Positions 46,954 to 56,100 of a stretch of 64,000 nt of DNA are shown here, piece by piece. Every line of letters begins with the position of its first letter. The stretch's first letter is position 1. The stretch covers positions 2,720,001-2,784,000 of the forward strand of contig OZ245002.1 in assembly GCA_965223415.1 (NCBI GenBank), read 5' to 3'. This DNA is from Myxococcota bacterium. GTDB taxonomy: Bacteria; Myxococcota_A; UBA9160; UBA6930. The position numbers and the translations under genes are program-made. The notes beneath the pieces were generated by a model. It made no database searches and was not told the origin of the DNA. It worked only from the letters and a program-made list of their open reading frames with translations.

Positions 46954-48209
46954 GAGGCCTCCTCCTCGTCGTACAGCAGCACCTCCACCTCGGTGCCCTC
47001 GGGCATCCCTTCGAGCTCCCGGGGCACGATCACCGCCCCGGCGGCGCGCACGGTCGAGGAGAGGATGGAGGCGCCGGAGGTGGCGATCGGAACGACGGCA
47101 CTGTCCTCGATGGCGACGCGCACGTAGTCCGTGCGGCCGACTGCCGAGGCGATCTTGCGGGCCAGGGGCCGGCGCACGCGCCGGTGGGGCCAGGCGCCGG
47201 AGCGCCCGCCGAGCCTCCGCAGGGTCGGCCCCGCGAAGAACTCATAGGCGCACAGGCAGCTCACCGGATTGCCCGGCAGCAGGAAGGCGAAGCGCTCGCC
47301 GGTGCCCCCGGTGGCGGGAAGGCGGCCGACGCCCGCCGGGCTCGAGGGCCGCATCGAGACGCCGTGGAAATCGAGGCGACCGAGCTCCGCCACCAGGCGC
47401 GGCGCGTGGTCCTCCTTGCCGACGGAGCTCCCGCCGGAGACCAGCAGCACCTCGGCGGGGGCGGTGGCGAGGAGATCGGCGATCACCTCGGCCCGGTCCG
47501 GGAGCAGGGCAAAGGGCAGGAGCTCACCGCCGTCCCGGGCCACCAGGGCGCCGAGCACCACCGAGTTGCTGTCGGCGATGCGTGCACCCTCGGGGCGGCT
47601 GCCGGCGGGCAGCAGCTCGTCGCCGGTGATCACGAGCTGCACGCGCGGGCGGCGCACGCAGGCCACCTCGGCAATGCCGATCGAGGAGAGCAGGCCCGCG
47701 TCCTGGGGGCGAAGCCGGCGGCCCGACCCGAGCACCGCCGTGCCGGCGCGGATGTCCTCGCCCGGCGCGCCGACGTTCTTGCGCGGCGCCACGGCGTCGT
47801 CCACGCGCAAGAGGTCCCCCTCTTCCTGGCACACCTCCGCCATCACCACGGCGTCGGCGCCCTTCGGCACCGGCGCACCGGTCATGATGCGCACCGCCTG
47901 CCCGGCCCCCACACTTCCCTCGAAGGGCCGGCCGGGCATCGACTCGCCCACCAGCGCGAGGCGCAGCGGGTCGTACGTGGAGGCGCCGAAAGTGTCCTCG
48001 CCGCGGACCGCATAGCCGTCCATCGCCGAGCGCGCGAAGCCCGGCACGTCCACCTCGGCGCGCACCTCCTCGGCCAGCACCCGGCCTGCGCAGGCACCCA
48101 GTGCGACGAGCTCGGCGGGCAGAGAGCGCGCGCGGGCCGCGAGGAAGCCCTCGACTTCCTCCACGTCCGCCCGCTCGGCGAATCCCCGCATGCGAACGTC
48201 GCGCGTCAT
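46950..48209 (-). CDS. moeA: Molybdopterin molybdo/tungstotransferase
   Basis: RSAMDGYA, IMTGAPVP, SGGSSVG, LPGNP. Confidence 0.92.
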   Translation of the reverse strand: MTRDVRMRGFAERADVEEVEGFLAARARSLPAELVALGACAGRVLAEEVRAEVDVPGFARSAMDGYAVRGEDTFGASTYDPLRLALVGESMPGRPFEGSVGAGQAVRIMTGAPVPKGADAVVMAEVCQEEGDLLRVDDAVAPRKNVGAPGEDIRAGTAVLGSGRRLRPQDAGLLSSIGIAEVACVRRPRVQLVITGDELLPAGSRPEGARIADSNSVVLGALVARDGGELLPFALLPDRAEVIADLLATAPAEVLLVSGGSSVGKEDHAPRLVAELGRLDFHGVSMRPSSPAGVGRLPATGGTGERFAFLLPGNPVSCLCAYEFFAGPTLRRLGGRSGAWPHRRVRRPLARKIASAVGRTDYVRVAIEDSAVVPIATSGASILSSTVRAAGAVIVPRELEGMPEGTEVEVLLYDEEEAS

Positions 48210-48225
48210 GGTCGTCCCAAACATC

Positions 48226-48256
48226 GAACGGGCAGGGGAGAGCCCCCTGCCCGTTC
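48226..48256. terminator. 13-bp-stem hairpin between aor and moeA (terminator or RNA stabiliser)
   Basis: GAACGGGCAGGGG-agagc-CCCCTGCCCGTTC. Confidence 0.5.
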
Positions 48257-48279
48257 CCGGAATCCGGATCCGTGTGGGC

Positions 48280-50013
48280 TCAGCCGGAGGCCTTCGCGGT
48301 GAACAGATCCTCCTGGGCCGGCATCCGCTTGTAGACGGCCTGGATGATGTCGGCGGGCACGTCGAACACCACCTGGGCGCCCTCGGGACCGACCGCATCC
48401 TGCCCCAGGCAATCCGCCAGCTTGTCGTCGGCGGCGGTGAAGCCGGCCTGCCGGTTGAACTCCCACTCGTCCTCGAGCACCTGCCAGCCCTGGTCGTGGA
48501 TCGCCTCGCGGCTGACATCCTCGCCATAGAGGGCCGTGTAGAAAGCGCGGATGTCGTCGAGGCTCGGCTGCAGGAACTGGCAGAAGCCCGACGAGTCGCA
48601 GACCGTGTTCACGATCTGCACCTTCTGGCTCTCCCACGCGAACTGGTCGGGCGCGAGGCCCGGGTTGACGATCAGGCCGGCCGTGTGGTCCGCCCCCATC
48701 GGGCTCGTGCAGTAGGAGACGCCGGTGGCCTTGAGCGGCCGCGGATCCCAGGCCGGAATCGACTGGCCCTTGGCCTCGGGCACCCGGTGGTGGCCGGTGA
48801 ACTTGCCCGTGGCCACGGCGCCGTTGCCGATGGCCTTGCCCCGGTCGGTCCCTTCCGGGATCTCGGCGATCAGCGTCCGCATGGCGTCGGCGTCGCCCCA
48901 CTCCATCTGGCCCGCGTCCATCAGGATGGCAATGGCCGCGCCGGTCTCGATGGTGTCGAGGCCCACCTCGTCGCACAGCCGGTCCATGTCCGCCACGTCC
49001 TCCCAGCTCGCCACCGCGCAGTTGGCGCCGAGCAGGGTGAGGGTCTCGAACTCGAGGGCGGAGGTCTTGTACTCGCCCTGGGCGTCGTGGACGATGTTCG
49101 AGCACTTCACGATGCAGCCAGTCATGCAGTTGTGCATCTCGCCGCCGCGCTCTTCGAAGCTCTCGACGATGCGCGCGCCGTCCAGCGTGGCCGCGTCGGG
49201 GCTCTGGCCCTCGACCCGGTTCTTGTAGGGGAAGGTGTGCAGCATGTTCGCGACGGGCACGACCGAGCTGGTGCCGGTCTTGAACATCTGCGGACCTTCG
49301 AGGTAGCCCTTCGTGTAGTCCTTGCAGAGGGCGCCGAAGGCCTTGCGATCCGCCGGCTGGCGAACCGCGGTCTTGCCCGGATCCACCGCGACGTACTTCA
49401 GGCCCTTCGAGCCCATCACGGCGCCGAGCCCACCGCGGGCCGCGTGGCGCGCCGGGTAGCGGTTGTCCTGGTCGGTGGTGGCGACCGACGCGCCCGAGAG
49501 GCGCATCTCGCCGGCGGGCCCGCAGGTGATGAAGGACGTGGTCGCCGGGTACTGGCCGTGCAGGTCCTGGCAGAGCGCGTAGTTCCACTTGCCCTTGTGG
49601 TCGTCGGCAGCAACGACCTTCACGCCGTCGGCGTTCACCTCGATCGCGTAGCGCGCCTCGGCGTCCGCGGGCTGGCCCTTCACCACGATGCCGCGGTAGC
49701 CGAGCTTCATCAGGTGCTGGCCGGGCTGGCCGCCGGTGTTCGCCTCCTTGATGCCGCCGGTCAACGGGCTCTTGCCGCCGATCGAGATACGGCCGGAGGT
49801 CGGCGCCGCCGTGCCGCTGAGCACACCGGGCGCCATCACGAGCACGTTACCCGGACCGAGCGGGTCGCAGGCCGGGTCGCAGTCCTGGAGCAGGATCTTC
49901 GCCGAGAGACCGCGGCCGCCGAGCAGCTTCCACTCCTCGGGGAAGTCGCGGATGTCCACGGACTGGTCGGTCATGTCGACGTAGATCAGCTTGTCGCCGC
50001 TGGGGCCACTCAT
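48280..50013 (-). CDS. Aldehyde:ferredoxin oxidoreductase (tungstopterin family)
   Basis: LGGRGL, KSPLTGGIKEAN, RGGLGAVMGSKGLK, CMTGCIVKC, CDEVGLDTI, SPMGADH. Confidence 0.92.
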   Translation of the reverse strand: MSGPSGDKLIYVDMTDQSVDIRDFPEEWKLLGGRGLSAKILLQDCDPACDPLGPGNVLVMAPGVLSGTAAPTSGRISIGGKSPLTGGIKEANTGGQPGQHLMKLGYRGIVVKGQPADAEARYAIEVNADGVKVVAADDHKGKWNYALCQDLHGQYPATTSFITCGPAGEMRLSGASVATTDQDNRYPARHAARGGLGAVMGSKGLKYVAVDPGKTAVRQPADRKAFGALCKDYTKGYLEGPQMFKTGTSSVVPVANMLHTFPYKNRVEGQSPDAATLDGARIVESFEERGGEMHNCMTGCIVKCSNIVHDAQGEYKTSALEFETLTLLGANCAVASWEDVADMDRLCDEVGLDTIETGAAIAILMDAGQMEWGDADAMRTLIAEIPEGTDRGKAIGNGAVATGKFTGHHRVPEAKGQSIPAWDPRPLKATGVSYCTSPMGADHTAGLIVNPGLAPDQFAWESQKVQIVNTVCDSSGFCQFLQPSLDDIRAFYTALYGEDVSREAIHDQGWQVLEDEWEFNRQAGFTAADDKLADCLGQDAVGPEGAQVVFDVPADIIQAVYKRMPAQEDLFTAKASG

Positions 50014-50097
50014 GGGAATCTCCTGCGTGGAAAACTTGGAAAGAAGGGAATGAAGAAGAAGAGAAAGGAAGGGTGGATGGCTCGCGGCGCGCCCCGC

Positions 50098-50370
50098 TCA
50101 GCCGCCGGCGATGGCCGCCAGCACCTCGACCTCGTCCTCCGGCGAGACCGGAGTGCGCAAGGCCTCGGCGGCGTCGAGCTGATCGCCGTTCACGAACAGC
50201 TTGACGAAGCGCTGGACGCCGCCGTCGTCGTCGATCACCTGGGCGAGGAAGCCCGGGAACTTCTGCTCGACCGCCTCGAGGCACTCGAGAACGCTTCCGC
50301 CATCCACGTCGATCTCGCCGGTCCCCTGGGTGGGGCCGCGGTACGGCGGGGGGATGACGACCTTGGGCAT
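50098..50370 (-). CDS. MoaD/ThiS sulfur carrier
   Basis: C-terminal AIAGG. Confidence 0.9.
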   Translation of the reverse strand: MPKVVIPPPYRGPTQGTGEIDVDGGSVLECLEAVEQKFPGFLAQVIDDDGGVQRFVKLFVNGDQLDAAEALRTPVSPEDEVEVLAAIAGG

Positions 50371-50484
50371 CGGGCTCCTCGGGATGACCGGCGGGCATGA
50401 TAGCGTCCCCCCGGGCCGGCGGGACCGCCCCGGGGCAGGCTTCCCCAGCGTCTCCCGGCCCCCCGCGGCCGGTAGACTGGCGCG

Positions 50485-51444
50485 ATGCCCGGCCCCCGTC
50501 GCCTGCTCCCGCCGCTCCTGCTGGCCTGGACCCTCTCCGCCGCCAGCCTGGCCCAGGGCGGCCACCCGGTGGCTCCCTCGCCGATCCGTCCCCTCCAGGA
50601 GCGGGTGGGCGCCGCCGACGTGGTGCTGATCGGCGAAGTGGTCGCCCTCTCCGAGGGCCGGATCGACGTGGAGGCGCGGAACGTCCTCCGCGGCGCGCCC
50701 CCCGACCGCTTCCTCGTGAAGCGCGGACGCTCCGCTCCGCCGCCTCTCGCCGCGGGCGACCGGGCGGTGCTTCTCCTCCGCGGCGCCCGCCCCCCCTACG
50801 TGCTCGTCGACGAGCCGGCCGAGACCGTGCGCCTCGTCGATGCCCCGGGGGAGGAGGCCTGGCGGAGCGCGGTGGAGGCCGCCCTCTCCCTCCGTGACGA
50901 CCCCACGGCGCTCGCCGACCGCATGACCCGTTGGATCGACGCGGGCCCCGCCTCTCTGCGCGACGTCGCAGGCCTCTCACTCCGCCCCCTCCTCGCCGCC
51001 GACGAGGTCCTGAGCGGACGCATCGCGCTCGAACGCGCCGAGGCCGCCGCCCGCTCCGACCTCCCCGCTGAAGCTCGCGCCCTCTCCGCCCAGCTCGCCG
51101 CCGCGAGCCCCGAAGGACAGGACCGGTTGGTCGCAACCCTCACCCGCGCCGAGCACCTCGATCCGAGCGCCCTGGCCCTCGCCCTGCGAACCGGAAGCAT
51201 CCGCGGACACGCCGACCTCGCGGCCCTGTACGAGCGCGCGCTCGACTCCAGGGATCCGGAGCTGCGGAGGATCGCGGCGCGGGATCCGGCCCCGGTGCTG
51301 CGGCTGGGCGCCGACGCCGAGGCGCGCCTGCAGGGGTTGGTGAACGGGGATCCGGAAGAGACGGTGAAACGCGCGGCCGAGGAGACGCTGGGGCGGGTTC
51401 GGCGGGCACGGGAGGCGGGGCGGCTCGGGGCTACGGCGGAGTAG
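50485..51444 (+). CDS. Exported HEAT-like repeat hypothetical protein
   Basis: Signal peptide; helical DPELRRIAA and DPEETVKRAA repeats. Confidence 0.6.
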   Translation: MPGPRRLLPPLLLAWTLSAASLAQGGHPVAPSPIRPLQERVGAADVVLIGEVVALSEGRIDVEARNVLRGAPPDRFLVKRGRSAPPPLAAGDRAVLLLRGARPPYVLVDEPAETVRLVDAPGEEAWRSAVEAALSLRDDPTALADRMTRWIDAGPASLRDVAGLSLRPLLAADEVLSGRIALERAEAAARSDLPAEARALSAQLAAASPEGQDRLVATLTRAEHLDPSALALALRTGSIRGHADLAALYERALDSRDPELRRIAARDPAPVLRLGADAEARLQGLVNGDPEETVKRAAEETLGRVRRAREAGRLGATAE

Positions 51445-51609
51445 AGCCGCGGCGGCCGGATCCCGGCGAACGTGCCGCGGCCGAAACAATTTCGGCCGAC
51501 AGGAGACGGATATCCCCCGGCCCGAATCCCCGCACGCGGGCAATCCCCAATGGAATCAATGGTCCCCGAGAGATCCCCTCGTCTGCGTATTGGGTTTCGG
51601 CCGGCGCGG

Positions 51610-51642
51610 GTTACTCTGGATTGGAGATCTACTATCTAGTTA
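51610..51642 (+). other. Putative integron attI site, interrupted by an IS at its core
   Basis: Removing the IS restores ...ctatcTAGTTAGGC (GTTRRRY) before cassette 1; no upstream RYYYAAC partner seen, so not an attC. Confidence 0.5.
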
Positions 51643-53301
51643 CTTCCCGTCCAAGAACTCGTAAGTCACTGAGAAGAAAAGGAATTGGCGCAAACGCGCC
51701 TCCCGATCGAGTTGCGATTGGTGTATGTTAGGTGGTGCCAACCTACCGAACATACACAGCAATTCGCCAACCGGGGGGTGAAGCGATGCGCCAATTCCGA
51801 GAAACTCAGCTCTCACTCACGCCCACATGGGGTCCGCATCAACATACCCGAGAGCTGCAGATGATCGCCAGGATCCTCGGGGCGGATCCGCGCTTGGGTG
51901 CTGTTGTGCACGGAGATCTGATCGGGGAACGTCGCGCCGATACCGGCCGTCGGGGCCTCAGCGGCGATCAGGTCCTTCGAATCGCCCTACTCAAGCAGAT
52001 CCACGGGCTGAGCTACCGGGAGTTGGAGTTTCACCTCCAGGACTCGGCCGCCTTCCGCAGCTTCGTAGGACTCGGGCTTGGTGACTGGCCCCGCTTCCAG
52101 ACCCTTCAGGACAACGTCAAACGGATCCGGCCCGAGACGTGGGAAGCCATCCACCGTGCGTTGATCGGCCTGGCTCGCCGGGAAGGAATCGAACGAGGCG
52201 AGACGATTCGGGCGGATACGACGGTCGTCGAGGCGAACATCCACGAGCCCGCCGACTCGGCCCTGCTCTGGGACAGCGTTCGGGTGATGACGCGGATTTT
52301 GCGAAGGATGGCGAAGCAACGCCCTTCGCTGCGCAAGATGTTCCCGGATCGTCGTCGTTGCGTGAAGCGACGCGCCTACGCGATCAAGTTCCACCGGCGG
52401 TCGATCAACCTGGTCGCGAGCTATCGGTGCATGATCCGGGCCACGGAAGAGGTCTGCCAAGCGGCCCGTAGCGTCGCGGAGAGGGTCGCCCGAGTCGAAG
52501 ACACGACGCCGCTTCGCGAAGAGCTCCTCGCGGTGCTTCCCCTCGTCGAGCGCGTCATCGATCAGAGCCGTCGCCGTGTCCTCGAAGGCGAGCGCGTCCC
52601 TGCAGCCGAGAAGATCGTGTCGATCTTCGAGCCGCACTCGGACATCCTCGTGAAGGACAATCGAGGCACCTACTACGGTCACAAGGTCTGTCTGACTGGC
52701 GGCAGGTCGTCACTCGTCCTCGACTGTGTCATCGAGGAAGGAAACCCTACGGACTCGACGCTGGTCGAACGTACGCTCGAGCGCCATGCAGATCTCTTCG
52801 GCAAGGCACCCCGCCAAGTGGCGATGGACGGAGGCTTCGCGTCCATGGACAACGTTGCCAAGGCCAAGGCGCTCGGCGTGGAAGACATGGCCTTCAACAA
52901 GAAGAGCGGACTCGAGGTCCACGAGATGGTGCGCAGCGCCTGGGTCTTCCGGCGCCTTCGTGACTTCCGCTCGGGGATCGAGGGCGTGATCTCGACGCTC
53001 AAGCGAGCGTTCCAGATGGACCGATGCACCTGGCGGGGCCTGGCGTCCTTCAAGGCCTATGTCTGGGCCAGTGTGACGAGCTTCAACCTCGTCGCCTTGG
53101 CCCGCCACCTGCTGACTCGCGAGTTCGCCTGAACCCCTGAGAGTGGTTCGGTCGGTGGACACGTGCGCCCGCGCATCGGAACACGGTCGCTCACTCACCC
53201 CGACGGCTCCGGGACTGCTGTGACATCGCTACTCTCAACGCCCGCGAAGACCGCCAACGATCCACTAAGAGGCCGACGAACGGCTCTTCTCGGACGGGAA
53301 G
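51643..53301 (+). mobile_element. ISNCY/IS5-like insertion sequence
   Basis: 15-bp IRs CTTCCCGTCC(A/G)AGAA (14/15); 6-bp TAGTTA duplication at 51637-51642 and 53302-53307. Confidence 0.9.
51786..53132 (+). CDS. DDE transposase (ISNCY-like)
   Basis: RADTTVVEANIHEPADSALL, KIVSIFEPH, AMDGGF, FRSGIEGVIS. Confidence 0.9.
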   Translation: MRQFRETQLSLTPTWGPHQHTRELQMIARILGADPRLGAVVHGDLIGERRADTGRRGLSGDQVLRIALLKQIHGLSYRELEFHLQDSAAFRSFVGLGLGDWPRFQTLQDNVKRIRPETWEAIHRALIGLARREGIERGETIRADTTVVEANIHEPADSALLWDSVRVMTRILRRMAKQRPSLRKMFPDRRRCVKRRAYAIKFHRRSINLVASYRCMIRATEEVCQAARSVAERVARVEDTTPLREELLAVLPLVERVIDQSRRRVLEGERVPAAEKIVSIFEPHSDILVKDNRGTYYGHKVCLTGGRSSLVLDCVIEEGNPTDSTLVERTLERHADLFGKAPRQVAMDGGFASMDNVAKAKALGVEDMAFNKKSGLEVHEMVRSAWVFRRLRDFRSGIEGVISTLKRAFQMDRCTWRGLASFKAYVWASVTSFNLVALARHLLTREFA

Positions 53302-53318
53302 TAGTTAGGCGTCGCGAC

Positions 53319-53672
53319 ATGGAAACTAAGCCCAGGCGGTCTCTGGCGTCGCAGCTTCGCTCATCTGTCGAGCGGCTCGCGGCGCGTGGCGTCGAGCAAG
53401 TCGCCTGGGTCGAGCGCCAGGGCGTCCACGCTGATGAGCTGGCTCTAGACTTCTCGGACGCAGTGCTCCCCGCGGTAGTCAATCTCTCCAACGAGTTCAC
53501 GCCGGAGTTGCTCCTGCGACTAGAGCTCCTCGACGATCAGCTCTCGTCAATGTCGGGCACAGCCAAGGCTAGATTATGGACCAGCGCTTCAATCCTCAAC
53601 GACCCAGCCTGGGGGCGGGTGCGCACCCTGGCACAAGTTGCGCTCGATGCGCCCGGCTGGCCGCCGCTGTAG
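53319..53672 (+). CDS. Gene cassette 1: hypothetical protein
   Basis: ORF between GTTAGGC (53304) and GCCTAAC (53683). Confidence 0.75.
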   Translation: METKPRRSLASQLRSSVERLAARGVEQVAWVERQGVHADELALDFSDAVLPAVVNLSNEFTPELLLRLELLDDQLSSMSGTAKARLWTSASILNDPAWGRVRTLAQVALDAPGWPPL

Positions 53673-53682
53673 TGTGCGCGGC

Positions 53683-53811
53683 GCCTAACAAGCGGCTGCA
53701 GCTGACGGCTCCAAGCACCCTTCAAACGGCCATGGTAGCCTGGGGTTGTTCCTTGGCCGGTTCAGCGGGCGTCGGGGCCGTCGCCGCAGCTGAGCCGCCG
53801 GTCCGTTAGGC
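53683..53811 (+). other. Integron attC site 1 (129 bp, intact)
   Basis: R'' GCCTAAC ... R' GTTAGGC; inner arms GCGGCTGCAGCTG / CAGCTGAGCCGC. Confidence 0.9.
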
Positions 53812-53818
53812 GGCTGGA

Positions 53819-54298
53819 ATGCGACCGCTCGGCAGACTTCTGGCGCTTGTTCTCCTCTCTGCCTGCAGCGAGTCGCCGGCCGAGAAGGTGCTTTCGCGAG
53901 TGGAAGAGAGCGGCCCGCAAGCAGTGATCGCTCAGCTCTTTCAGTCGGACACCGAGTGGACGGAGCTGAGTCGAAACATCGAGTCTGGCGACGACGCGTG
54001 GCTTCGCGTTGCGGCAAGCTTGCGCCCGGGTAGCGATGCGGGTTCAGCACTCAGTCTGATCTACTCGGTCGCACGTGCGATCCCGGCAAATCCCCACGGA
54101 GTTCTCTCGCTCGCGAAGGAAGGCCACTTCTCGATCGAGCTGATCTGCACGTCTCCGTTCATTGAGCCGGAGCCGGGAATCGCCGAGAGGTTCGCGGAGA
54201 AGGCATCGGAAGCCCTCTCGACCGTGCAGGACCCCCACCTCCTTCAGGTACGCGACGAATGCGTCACAAGAGTTCAACTGCCCCAGCCAGCCGCCTAA
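53819..54298 (+). CDS. Gene cassette 2: lipoprotein
   Basis: Lipobox LSAC; stop codon TAA lies inside the R'' GCCTAAC. Confidence 0.82.
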   Translation: MRPLGRLLALVLLSACSESPAEKVLSRVEESGPQAVIAQLFQSDTEWTELSRNIESGDDAWLRVAASLRPGSDAGSALSLIYSVARAIPANPHGVLSLAKEGHFSIELICTSPFIEPEPGIAERFAEKASEALSTVQDPHLLQVRDECVTRVQLPQPAA

Positions 54299-54317
54299 CC
54301 AGCGGCTGCAGCTGACC
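54293..54317 (+). other. attC site 2, left part (split by the IS1111-type element)
   Basis: GCCTAACCAGCGGCTGCAGCTGACC, nearly identical to the attC1 start. Confidence 0.88.
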
Positions 54318-54563
54318 CGTTTAGGGAGTGTCAACTCCAATGATCGCGAAGCACGTGTGGGTCTTGGTGGTGTCCTCCAACGGAATCGGCTTGCGTCCCT
54401 GCGGGTTCGGGTTCAGTCCAAACGCGTTGTCGGCCTCGTGGGCTCAATGAGGGGTTCGGGGCGACGGTGGTGAATCGGGGCCAAGGGCTCATGGGCCGCA
54501 GTCAGCTGCCCGCCTACCGTCTTCGTTGGAACACAAGCGAGAAGGGGTCCTGGGGGAGCGGGG

Positions 54564-55164
54564 CTACGCCATGCCAAGGCACCTCCGGAGATCGAAGGCC
54601 TCGCCGCGGGTGAGCGTGACCCAGACGCTGACGAGGAGTCTGCGAGCCAAGGCCATGCGGACCTTGTTCTTGTGGACGCGGGTCCGCATCGTCTTCGCCC
54701 AGGCACGAACCAACGGGTCGTCCTTCATCAGGCGAACCGCCCATTGGCTGACGATCCAGCGGAGCTCGGCCTGGCCTTGGCGGGTCATGCGGCCGTGGTG
54801 GGCGTGGTCGGCTGACTGGTTCACCTTGGGGGTGAAGCCGGCGAAGGCCGAGACCGCACGGGGGCCTCGGAATCGGTGCGGGTCGCCGATCTCGGCGAGC
54901 AGCGTGGCAGCCGATTGCGTCCCGATGCTCGGGAGCTCCTGCTCGAGGGCCTGGACGTCGGGATCCTCTCGCCCGATCCGTCGGATCTCCCGATCGAGAG
55001 CCAGCACCTGGCCCTGCAGGCTATCGAGCACCTGGAGCAGGGCCTTGAAGGCGGTCTGCATCTCCAGGGTCGGCAGGGTGACGGTGCGGAGCTTCTCCCG
55101 GCTCGGCTTGGTATAGAGCGCGCTCGTGGGAGCGGGAATCCGGTAGGCGTTCAGGAAGCCCCGG
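54564..55164 (-). pseudogene. IS110-family transposase, C-terminal fragment
   Basis: LPSIG..SAATLLAEIGD..RF, AFAGFTP..NQSA; joins in frame to the N-terminal fragment (NQLRG|FLNAY). Confidence 0.88.
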
Positions 55165-55299
55165 TGTCGAGGGACGTCATCTCTTGCGCGCTAAGAGGAC
55201 GGCTAGTTTTGCGCACCCCCCTGGGTTGATGTTCGGTTCTTCCTTCTTCTCTTCCGCTCTCCGAAGGAGAGCACGGCCGTCAGGCCGCCCTCTGGGGCC

Positions 55300-56100
55300 T
55301 CAACGCTGGGCGCTTTGCCCCGCGGCCTGCTCGAGCTCGCGGAGCCGGTAGCTCCGCCCCGAGATGTTGAGCACCTGGCTGTGGTGGAGGAGGCGATCGA
55401 GGATGGCGGTGGCCAGCACCTCGTCGCCCGCCAGCACCTCGGGCCAGTCGGCGATGCCCTTGTTCGTGGTGATCAGGATCGAGCCCCTCCCATAGCGGTA
55501 GGAGACGAGCCGGAAGAAGAGGCTCGCCTCCTGGCGCGTCATGGGCTCGAAGCCGACCTCGTCGATGACGAGGAGCGCCACGTTCATGTGCTTGCGCCGC
55601 CGCAGCCGTTGCGGGCTGATCTCGGCGTCGCGCTTGAGGGCCGCCAGCAGGTCCTCGAGGCGATGGAAGGCCACGGAGAAGCCGTTCTCCACGGCCCGCA
55701 CCCCCAGGGCCACCGCCAGGTGGGTCTTGCCCACTCCCGGCGGACCCTGGATCAGCAGACTCTCCTTGGCCCGGATCCACGCGCAGGTGCCCAGCGTCTC
55801 GATCCGGCTCCGCTCCACACTCGGCTGGAAGGCGAAGTCGAAGTTGCCGAGGGTCTGCCCCGTGGGAAGGCCCGAGAGACGGAGCGAGGTCTTCATCCTC
55901 CGCTCCTCGCGGTGCTGCAGCTCGGCCTCGAGCAGCAGGTCGAGGAAGCGGTGGGGCACGAGGTCGTCCTTGGTCGCTCGGGCCAGCTCCTCGCCGATGT
56001 GCTCGGCCGCGTGATGGAGGCCGAGGCGCACGAGCCGCTCGCGGGTCGGGTCGAGATCCACCTTGCCGCCCTTCTTGGGCACCGGGTTTCCCGCCGTCAT
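55300..56100 (-). CDS. istB: IS21 helper ATPase
   Basis: FDFAFQP, GPPGVGKTHL, LVIDEVG, AILDRLLHH. Confidence 0.94.
   Translation of the reverse strand: MTAGNPVPKKGGKVDLDPTRERLVRLGLHHAAEHIGEELARATKDDLVPHRFLDLLLEAELQHREERRMKTSLRLSGLPTGQTLGNFDFAFQPSVERSRIETLGTCAWIRAKESLLIQGPPGVGKTHLAVALGVRAVENGFSVAFHRLEDLLAALKRDAEISPQRLRRRKHMNVALLVIDEVGFEPMTRQEASLFFRLVSYRYGRGSILITTNKGIADWPEVLAGDEVLATAILDRLLHHSQVLNISGRSYRLRELEQAAGQSAQR

Noticed and set aside
44..47629. Many long Arg/Pro/Gly-rich ORFs (e.g. 44-1462, 15267-17684, 19349-22804, 26451-30281 full length, 44725-47127)
   Set aside because: They are shadow or antisense frames of well-supported genes in GC-rich DNA and carry no motifs.
51445..51640. Integron integrase or a first attC upstream of the array
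   Set aside because: No tyrosine-recombinase ORF and no RYYYAAC box seen. Only a short palindrome at 51478-51498 of unknown role.
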